Origin: Bispira polyomma
Lineage: Eukaryota
NCBI GenBank assembly: GCA_965649765.1
Contig: OZ287756.1
Span: 17,422,001-17,486,000 of the forward strand
DNA length: 64,000 nt
Direction of reading: 5' to 3'
In this document: piece after piece, positions 39,130 to 48,787 of the stretch
Position numbering within the stretch: the stretch's first letter is position 1
Layout of the letters: each line of letters starts with the position of its first letter
Notes under the pieces: generated by a model
The model's input: only the letters and a program-made list of their open reading frames with translations
The model's database searches: none
What the model was told of the DNA's origin: nothing
Translations under genes and position numbers: made by a program

Positions 39130-41531
39130 ATGAACATCCATGCAAGTGTGGTACTTGTCCTCACGGTAATTGTCATTTCACCTATTGATGGCAAGCAGGA
39201 AAGTGTTGATGGGGTCACAATTGTAAGAGAGAATTACGGTGTAACATTTCATGAACAAGGCGTATTGGATAATGCCCATAGTGTGTGGCACCAAACGTTT
39301 GTTGTTCAGCTGATACATGATAACATACAGATGCCAGCTTCTTACTGCTCAGACCAGTACAGAAACAGAACTACATCTTCTGATGAATTATTATGCCCAG
39401 TTTTAATGGCTTACAACAAAAGACATTTGAGACTGACAAAGGAAATACAAGCCTCACAAGAAAATATAAAAATAATGCTAAGCAATTTCCAGAGTAGAAT
39501 AAAAGGGCTGTATTCGGTTTTATTGGACGCTTTGCTAAGTCACTGTTTGGTGTATCCACTGAAGAAGACACAAACATACTGCTAAATCAAATTAAAATTG
39601 TCCAGCAGCATAATGAGGCCAATACAGACCAGCTCAACATAATTACTGAAAATTTACAGTCTTACATCGTAAAGTCTGACATGAGAGCAGGACTTTTACA
39701 AAAAGCAATTCAACTAAACTACAAAGCTCTGGATGCAACAAGGGAACTTTTTAATGAAGTAATAGGCCGGACATTTAACAGATTTGCCCATTGGAGAAAT
39801 ATGCTTCCCACATATGGAGTACAATATGCTGACACTTTAAGTGACATACAATCTCACCTAGTCCACGAAGAAAATGCTGTACAAACCTTACTACAGGGAT
39901 ATATACCCTACTATTTTGTGCCTCCAAAAGAACTCCAGACTACATTACAACAGATTTCTGATGCCCTCCTAAATATTGGATCCTTTAAACTAACTCACAC
40001 AAAAATTGGATACTACTACCACCTGAATGACATTGCTTATCAGCGTGTGGATGACAAACTTTACATCAAATTGAGAATCCCTTTGACAGCCACAACTACC
40101 TTGTTCACTCTGTATAGGATACATGCTGTTCCTATTCCCCTTGCTGCAAACAGACAGGAAAGATCTATGGTTGAAATTTCAAAACCATATTTGGCAATAA
40201 GTAGTGATAAAACTTTTTATCTGTCTCTCACAGAAAGTGAATATCAGTTTTGTACAGGTTTACAGTTGAAAAGATGCAATCAGGCTCTAACTATGCAAGA
40301 GATAGCCCAGCCAAACTGTGCTTTGGCTCTATTTAATGACAAACCCTCATTAATATCTGAATTATGTAACATTCTTCTTCTCCCATCAACCAACTACAGT
40401 GAGTCACACATTGTTACTGTATCGGAAAATTCTTATCTAATTTCAAGTAAAGATACACATTGGATGCAAATTTGCCCTCGTAGTACTCCAGTACAGATCC
40501 CACCTTGTACAATCTGTATTGTCAAACTACCTTGTGCTTGTGCATTAAAGGGCCAAACTTTCTTTATCCCACCAACACTGCACAGTTGCAACTATGAATC
40601 ACAACCGGTTATACGACATCTGGTTAATTTAGCTGTGCTGTTTCATTTTTATGACAACCATCACAAATTGTTGAATCTTACATCAAAATCTTCTTTTCAA
40701 GGTCCTATTATACCTAACATACCCAAAATTAATGCAATCTCACAGGAATATAAAGATGTTGCACAAAAAGTCGATAAGCAGCTCTCTCTTGCATACATTG
40801 CCCGAAATTTAAAACAAGAAAAGAAAGTGTATCTAGACAAAGTTTCTAAACTGTATAGTGATTTAGGACCATTAACTAAGCCTCAGATAAGTACAGGTAT
40901 TTCTGTTATGACATGCATAAATTGTCTTGTAGCAGTACTAGCACTGGTCTTATCAATTAATGTGTATTTTAAAGTTGTAATAATGGCAAGAGCAGTACAT
41001 GCTCAAGAATTTTTGAATAATGAATCAAGTGATGATAGTGAAAAAGCGTTAGTCTCAATGAATATTGATGTGAATACCTACTTGACATTTTTCATGATGG
41101 TGATTCTTCTTGTTTTTGCTATTGGGTCAGCAAGTATGCTATTAAAGATATCGATTCGAGTAGTCAGATTAATTACTCCAAAAGCTCCTTGCACAACTAT
41201 CTGTCTGACCATCTTTGGCAACTACGACACAGTTACATTGAAACTGACAAAAACAAGTGTCCCGGCTAAGAATTTAAAGCTAGAATGCTCTAATAATGTG
41301 CTCGTTCCAAGCCTCACCCCACACATGTTTTTGCCTCTTGTAACTGTTGGATGGCAAAATGTTGTCATAAAGTCTAATGACGAGGAAATTATCAGCTTGC
41401 CAAACGAAATAGTAACAGGCGTGCTTAAAATTCGTCAACTGAAGCAAATAGTCACAAATGTGACAGAAATTCAACTCTTTGCTTCTACACTCGATGAACT
41501 GCATGAACTTCATACTTGGAAAATGTGTTGA
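39130..41531 (+). pseudogene. env: class I fusion glycoprotein of baculovirus-F/errantivirus type; 1-nt deletion at ~39504
   Basis: Signal peptide MNIHASVVLVLTVIVISPIDG. Restoring one A gives furin site RIKR and fusion peptide AVFGFIGRFAKSLFGVSTEED, followed by a heptad region, Cys-rich region and two TM segments. Preceded by acceptor TTTTAG. Confidence 0.88.
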
Positions 41532-41710
41532 AGTAAGCTCTTCATCTTTAAGTACTGGTTTTGTAAATGCTTAAGCCCCAGAAGCTTGTAGGCAAGCCAG
41601 TTATGTTTGTGTATTCTTTGGATGTACTTTCTGCATGTTTTTGTTTAATCCTGCATGATTCTATACTTATTTGTGTATTATAACCTATTGTATTATATCC
41701 TTCTGTATTT

Positions 41711-41743
<33 letters not shown>

Positions 41744-41808
41744 ATATCCTTATATCGTAATGTATAAGCATGAACCATTACTTTAGGTTATGTTTATTCA
41801 CTTTCTAG

Positions 41809-42315
41809 ATGTCTAAATTAGCAACTCCAGAAGTTAATGATGCTTATGTCTCTCCTTTGACATGGGAAGTCAAGGTTAACCAATGGTTTGATCACCAAAT
41901 GGAGTCCCAGGACTCAAGTGACTCTGACTTAGTTCCATTTGATGTGGGAGATAACAACTTTTCTATTTTGTATGATGAAGAACACTTCACCATACAGCCT
42001 CGCATTCAATCACTGAAATTGGAACTTTCATCAGATTCAAGTAAGACTGACCTTTCAGTATCTGACTACTACCTGAATAATATGTTACTAGTTCCCGATA
42101 GTTCTCAGGATGAGATCTACAACTTCTCAGACGATGAAAACCACAACTTCTCAGACCATGAGACCTACAACTTATCAGACCAAGCATCTGACATTAGTGA
42201 TAGTCTTCCTGACCTACCTTGTGTTACGCATATGGATAGTTCCCCACCACTGTCTGAAACTCCAACTACTAATAATACTCCTTTCCTCGACCATGCACCC
42301 TATAACCCTTCCTAA
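41809..42315 (+). CDS. Retroelement accessory ORF-A (168 aa, acidic Ser/Asp-rich), unknown function
   Basis: ORF begins exactly at acceptor TTCACTTTCTAG|ATG and lies inside the LTRs. Confidence 0.65.
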   Translation: MSKLATPEVNDAYVSPLTWEVKVNQWFDHQMESQDSSDSDLVPFDVGDNNFSILYDEEHFTIQPRIQSLKLELSSDSSKTDLSVSDYYLNNMLLVPDSSQDEIYNFSDDENHNFSDHETYNLSDQASDISDSLPDLPCVTHMDSSPPLSETPTTNNTPFLDHAPYNPS

Positions 42316-42413
42316 ATTGGTTTGCATATGTAGATGTTTTGTAACACACCAAAACCAAATGGGCTAAAAAAAAACAAAAAAACTGATTTATATTACCATC
42401 ATATCTCTTCTAG

Positions 42414-43001
42414 GCTGGACGTGGACAACGACTCCGTCAGATACTGTACGAACAGCAACATCCCACACATATGCAGCTAGCTGATGACACTCAAGTTGGA
42501 CCATCTACATCCTTCGATGGCGCAGGGGCAATGCTAATGCCCCTACAGAATGTACAGGAGCCCCAACCAGGAACCTCTGGCCAGTATGTTCCTGGTGTTG
42601 GCAGAGGCCTTCTGCTTTTGCAAATGCTGCAATCTGGACAAAGTTCAGGGATTGGCACACCTTCTCCTGCCAGTGGAAATTTCAATGCTCAACAATTTGA
42701 TGATGACGAAGACATTGACCTTGATCAGGCAATGCATCAATATTTCCAAGTGCCAGTGGAATATTCCCCCATATCTTCCCCGTCTGTCACACCACCTCCA
42801 GATCGCGAAGTACACATGACAGCACCCACAATCCAGCTCCAGCATTCAACACCACCACGCCAGATTACTCTGAATAAGCCAGCCATACTGAACCTCCCAA
42901 TGTGGACATCAAAACGTGGCACTGTACAACGCTGTAAATCTGCTTGTGCCGTGCCACCTCGAGTAAAACAAAATGCAACCACAAATGTAATACAATTATG
43001 A
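42414..43001 (+). CDS. Retroelement accessory ORF-B (195 codons; needs the leader ATG), unknown function
   Basis: Acceptor ATCTCTTCTAG|GCT opens AGRGQRLRQILYEQQHPTH in frame with track ORF 42471-43001. Confidence 0.65.
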   Translation, partial: AGRGQRLRQILYEQQHPTHMQLADDTQVGPSTSFDGAGAMLMPLQNVQEPQPGTSGQYVPGVGRGLLLLQMLQSGQSSGIGTPSPASGNFNAQQFDDDEDIDLDQAMHQYFQVPVEYSPISSPSVTPPPDREVHMTAPTIQLQHSTPPRQITLNKPAILNLPMWTSKRGTVQRCKSACAVPPRVKQNATTNVIQL

Positions 43002-43134
43002 TTACCTCTTATTTGTATGCTCTACTGGATACCACCCTAGCATGTACCATCTTGTTACTGACACTAACTTTGTTTTCAAACTTCATTATCCTACTTTACT
43101 CAACCCCCCCCCCCCCCTCCCTATTCTGTTTTAG

Positions 43135-43605
43135 ATGGAGTCACCTTCAACAAATGATTTTCTCAATGATTTAACCCGCTCTGCAAAAATATCCCGAAAG
43201 AAGACTGTAAAACAATATTTTGATCCCAGCTATCCGACAGACCAATTTCAAAACAATACACCAACAGATGGTTTGGATACTACAACTACGGCACATTTCC
43301 TTGATGAAAATGGCCAACAAGTGGTGCTGGCCTCTGATCCCTTACGTGAACCTGCCTCACCATCTGCCTTCTTAACTGGCATTCCTACTCCACCACAGCC
43401 TTCCCAAACCCCTGCACGTAGCACAAAACTTCCTTTTGTACATGAGTCAGCTTCAGGTTTCAAATCTTTCAATGTGCCTGGTCTCTTTCAGACTAAGTAT
43501 GCTGCCCTGATTATGGATTTAGATGTGGCATCAAGCACCTTCCCAAGCTTTAATTTGTGGCATTTTATAGACTATCTCAATCCTCCATTTGCACAGCGAC
43601 TTTAA
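43135..43605 (+). CDS. Retroelement accessory ORF-C (156 aa), unknown function
   Basis: ORF begins exactly at CCCTATTCTGTTTTAG|ATG after a long pyrimidine tract. Confidence 0.65.
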   Translation: MESPSTNDFLNDLTRSAKISRKKTVKQYFDPSYPTDQFQNNTPTDGLDTTTTAHFLDENGQQVVLASDPLREPASPSAFLTGIPTPPQPSQTPARSTKLPFVHESASGFKSFNVPGLFQTKYAALIMDLDVASSTFPSFNLWHFIDYLNPPFAQRL

Positions 43606-44128
43606 AGTAAGTGCAACAGCCCAAGGCCGGGGCACCTTAGACATTGCCACTTGTCAACCTGAGCTACTACAACCTCTCCTACACCATTTCCTTCTTCTGC
43701 AGTCATTGTAAACCCTACCAAACCGACTACCTCAGTTGACTTTTGTCAAGCACCACTATTTCTGTTTTGATATTTTTTTTAAAAAGTATTCATTGTTTGA
43801 TTAATTTACTTGTGTTGCTTTAACACCATCTGGTAATCTTATATCAAAAAAAAAAGATTATGTTGTATGAGATGTTTTATAATTTTGTACTCTGCTGCTT
43901 TTAGCGCTAATATTTTCTGAATTTACATATGTATACATATTTAACTGTATTTTGTCTTAAATGTTTATTATTCTGTAAAAGTCTGAAATGTATTTCACTA
44001 GTAGATATGCTAATCAAGTTGCTAGTATTTATTTTACCTTTGCTTTGGTATGCCTTGAGTATCATATGTATATTACTTATTTTCATGTATTAACTTTGTG
44101 TGTGTCAACTTATAATGCTATACCTTTT

Positions 44129-44529
44129 TATTTAACATAAGAAATGAAGTTTTGCTGTTAATGTTATGAACTAATCATAAATTTAGAAAGTAGAGTATGT
44201 AAGCACCAGATATTCTCTGACAAAGAGGCAGAGGAAGGGAGAGTAGTTACCACCAGAGATAGTGATTAGAATAGGTCTAGCAACAGACTATGTGGTATAA
44301 TACAGAGATAAGTTCTTAGACAAAGAGGAAAACAGCTGCGGGACTCTGTGTAATTATGAAGCTCGGGAAAATAGTGCTGGTCAAGCTCTTTGTGTACAAA
44401 GTTAGATGTGTGTGTGTGTTTGCTGAAATAAAATATAGTTTGGTTTAAATTTGGATTATTATTATTTAGTGCCACCCCCGGTACCTGCTACATCCTATAC
44501 ATCATAGGGGTCAACCCTTTTACGGCACA
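44129..44529 (+). repeat. 3' LTR (possibly 5'-truncated)
   Basis: Direct repeat of 32709-33109. No polypurine tract is visible in front of it. Confidence 0.92.
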
Positions 44530-46844
44530 ACAGTAATGATGGAAGGGGCAGTTGTTTTAGTTATTGTAAGCAATTTAAAATAATTGACACAGTCTTAATA
44601 TTAAATAAAAATAAAAATCTATGTAGCCTGAGTAGGTAATTATATCAAATTAGACCAAATATAAAGCCATAGATGTTCTTTAATTATTAAAACCTCAAAC
44701 TGGGTCAGAATTTTAAGTTCATTAATTCAATACAGTAATTTGAATAATATGGCATCATCACCATGGTGTAACTTCACTTTGACGTTAGACTTATTATTTA
44801 GATTATAACTTGGAAACTATTTGGTACAGGCTTCATATTTGCAACAGCTATTACCTAATAATCAGTACGTTTAGACAGTTATGATTCGACCTTTGGCCCT
44901 GGAGTTCTGACATTGACCTCAAACTCTTGTGTGCACTATACCTCAGTAAATACTTTCTACTTGTAACAACAGGTTGATATTTGGTACAATGATTTATTAT
45001 GGAGCATAGTTATGCAATGTCATGGTAAGAACTCATTTGAATCTTAGAGTAGTGAGCTATTGTGTATATTTTTAGCATGTCTGAAAAGTCACCTAGGACT
45101 AGACAGGAACAGCGGGATGGTGTTCTCATCAAACCATCAGAAAAAGGGAATAGTAGCAGCGAAAGTCAGGACAGTAACATCGATGATCCTCTTGGAGATA
45201 ATGCCCAAACTGAGCAAGAAAGAATAGAAAGAAAAATTCAAAATAGGGAAACAAAGAAAACAGAAGAAAAAGAAAAACGTGTATGTTCTGCTGAGAAACA
45301 ACGAGGTGGTCAACACATGGAAAAGAAAGGGAAAAAGGACAATTGAACAAAAGGCATGAATCTTAATAACAACTGGAGCATTGTTTTGAGACATAATTAA
45401 ATGTCCATAAAAGTAAAATAAACATGTTCCAGTCAGAAGCTTATACATATCAGTAATATCATGAGATTATGTGTGTTATGTTTATGTATACTAAATTCGA
45501 AGCACAAAATCAACAGATAGAATGAGTAAATAATCAGTTCAACAATAAGCAAATTCATCAACTAAAACTGCTCTGTCAATAGTTTGTTATAGTAAAATTA
45601 TACATAAACAAATTTTGTGCTTTTGTTTCACTTACAGTGATATTTTTTTTTTTTTTTTCATTTGCACATAATCAGTACTTGGCAATAGTATCAGACACTC
45701 TTTCTAACTGATTATCTGAAATACAATAGATTATTTTCCGGAAGTAGAAGATGTGCAAGAAACCTCCTCCGAAAATAAAACGTTTGCAAAAAAATGAAAA
45801 GAACCAAAGAAAACAGGTTTTTAAAATGGCTTTTTTCGAAATGTATGTTTCAAAATACCTACTAAATAATAGTACTAAAATACTATGATTATACAAAAAC
45901 AAAAATACTTCTTCTAACAGAGATATAAAAACATATTCGAAGATGAGGCATATGTAATAGCACACTCAAACCAGTATGTAGGGAAAAACAAAACACATTT
46001 GGTCTAAAAACTTTTCTTAAGGTGACATAAAAAAGTGGGGTGACATTCAAACTAATTAAAATACACATGGTTGAATATCGGAAAGGTGACTTTCCGTGAG
46101 TCTTTCAGCCACACCACAAAAAGTCTGGCTTAGGGTTTCTCTGGGCTGTCAATAAAACATGCCACCCAGCATGGAAAAAGCTAGTTGCTATGTCTTGAAT
46201 CAGGGAGATATAGGGCGGGTACCCACAAAGTTAGATGTACGTTAGTCTATGTTAACCACGCAAGGCTTACGTCAATATTTGATGCAAAAGTCCACGCACA
46301 GTTGTAAAAGCCCATGCAGAAATACATTTATATATTTCCTTACGTCAAACACGTTGTATTACGTGGAGAACCACGTTTTCTTACGTTAATACATGTGAAG
46401 ACTTGCAAGTGATGGACTGTTACGTTAAAATGTTTATGCAAAGACACGCAAACATATGTAAGACTATGATTATGAATACGCCAAAGGACGTCATTTTACG
46501 TTTGAGCCCGTTAATTATTACGTTGTGTGTATGTTTTAGTACGTCAACTTATGTAATGTGACGTTTGCCACGTCAAAGTAGGTAAAGTTACGTTAATTAA
46601 TACTTCCATTGACGTCCCATCACGTATATTACGTCAACACTCGCTTGATCATGTCAGGCAACGTTTCTAAAGTACACGTACGTTTTCTATCACGTTGCTT
46701 CCCGCACCACAAAGTAGCTATATATTGAGTGATTTTTCACGAAGCATGTTCATTCACGTGTGAGTCTTCATATGATAAGGAGCTTACATTTTTCAACAAT
46801 AAAACAATTGTTTAACAATAGAATTATTTTATTGCAGTATAACA

Positions 46845-48147
46845 ATGGTTGGAGTAAATTTTCAACAACAACTTGCTTTAAATCAAGCTATGAATTTGCA
46901 AGTACAAGCTTTGAACAATGTTGTAGATCTTGCAACTTCATCAGAGGCGGAGAAGAAGGGCTCAAAGGAGGGACAGGACGGTGTGGGTTAGGCCATGGCT
47001 AGTTAGATGGAGACAATACGGTTACTATGAAAACCTAATGGCTGAACTAGAGGCAGAAGATCTAGCTAGTTACAGAAACTTTATCCGTTGTGACCCACAG
47101 TTCTTCAGGGAACTGATGAACAGACTAGACGGCAGACTGACCCATCAAATAAACAACTACAACACCCACAGACCAGCACTTGATGTTGGTTTAATGTTGA
47201 CCATTACTATGAGATATCTGGCCTCTGGATAAAGCTATCACAGTCTGATGTATGGTTTCAGGGTGGCACATAATACCATATCTAAGGTCATTAAAGAGGT
47301 GCGTCAGGCCATTCAAGAAGAGTACCTGGATGAAATTATCACCACCCCCGGTACAGAGGATGGTTGGCGTGATGTGGCTAGTGTTTTTGCCAACAGATGG
47401 AACTTTCACAACACCATTGGTGCTTTAGATGGGAAACACGTGGCCATTGTAAAACCAAAAGGTTCTGGATCTCTGTAGTTTAACTACAAAAAATTCACAT
47501 CTATCATACTCATGGCAGTAATAGATGCTGAATACAAGTTTATGTGGATCGATGTTGGTGCCAATGGTAGTTGCAGTGATGCACAGCTGTGGAACCATTC
47601 CCCCTTAAAACCTGCTTTAGAGAATTGGTGGCTCACTGTCCCTCCATCCACACCACTACCTGGGGATACTGAACCGGTGCCTTACTTTCTGTTGGCAGAT
47701 GATGCTTTTGCCCTTACTAAGACTCTGATGAAACCATTTGGGCACCGAAATCTCACCCGTCCTGAGAAAATCTACAATTACAGAGTGTCACGGGCCAGAC
47801 GAGTGGTTGAAAATGCCTTTGGCATATTGTGCAACAGATTTCGATGTCTCACCACCAAACTTCAACATGATGTGCCCAATACCATTCATATTACTAAGGT
47901 GTGTTGTATTTTGCACAATGTCTTTCGGTTAAGAGACCCTACCAATCATGTGGAGCTACTGGACAGAGAGGATGTTGACCATAACCTGATACGTGGTGCC
48001 TGGAGACAAGGATTGGACATGCATGACATGGACGATATTTTGACCGACAATACATCCAACAAGGAGGCCAAGGCTCAGAGACAATTACTGAAGATATACT
48101 ACAACAGCAGGGGTGCAGTTCCATGGCAGGATCGTATGATAACATAA
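46845..48147 (+). pseudogene. Harbinger (HARBI1-like) DDE transposase; N-terminal frameshift, stops at 47230 and 47476
   Basis: WVRPWL, RYLASG, GALDGKH, (F)NYKKF, ADDAF, YNYRVSRARRVVENAFGIL, CCILHN. Confidence 0.92.
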
Positions 48148-48787
48148 ACTTTTGGACATTTACTTCATATCAAGTGTTATCATTTAATTTATGTCTGTGT
48201 TGATTTTTTGGGGGTTACAATTTACAATATCATGAAGGTTTAATGATAAATAAATGTTTTGAAAGGATATTATGTGTTTTCAATTTGAATGGCGGCAAAT
48301 TTGTTTCAATTATCCCCTTGAAGGCAGGCATTAGGAACTGAACCCACGACCACATAATATTAATCAGGCACCTCTAAATGGGACAATTGGCTTTCATATT
48401 TCAAAGAATTTGGACCAAAATTAAGTCACATAGAACATTTAAACTTTGACCATTCAGTTTGACCTTGGTCAAGTTTGAATATATCAAAACATTCAAACGA
48501 CACAGGCCATGATCAGCTACACCCTGGTTTCATATTCCAAATATGTAGGATCACTAATGAGCAAGATTTAGGCAATTATAAGTTTCACTATCCCAATTTG
48601 ACCTCAACCAAGAGGTCTAAGGTCAAATCTGAAAATATCAAAATAAACTTACAACATAATAACAATAAAAGAGATATGTAATAACTGTCCCTTGTTTATT
48701 AAAAATCAGATAAATATTTCTTTAATAAAAGTCTCACACGGCTGGCTCTTACACAGAAGTGTCTTTGTAGACAGTTACAAAATCAGC

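Larger units (their letters stand above)
32709..44529 (+). mobile_element. Ty3/Gypsy LTR retroelement with env (errantivirus-like), chromodomain integrase and three accessory ORFs; disabled copy
   Basis: Direct repeats 32709-33109 and 44129-44529, PBS, gag, pol in PR-RT-RH-IN order, env. The true 5' end may be 32567 (see findings). Confidence 0.95.

Noticed and set aside
41809-43605. Domestication of the accessory ORFs because they are open while gag, pol and env are broken
   Set aside because: About five lesions over ~8 kb predicts only about one in 1.6 kb, so zero is not significant.
43688-43710. Fifth splice acceptor (CTTCTTCTGCAG) in the Gypsy 3' region
   Set aside because: Phase-0 reading stops after two codons, so it is not supported as another accessory gene.
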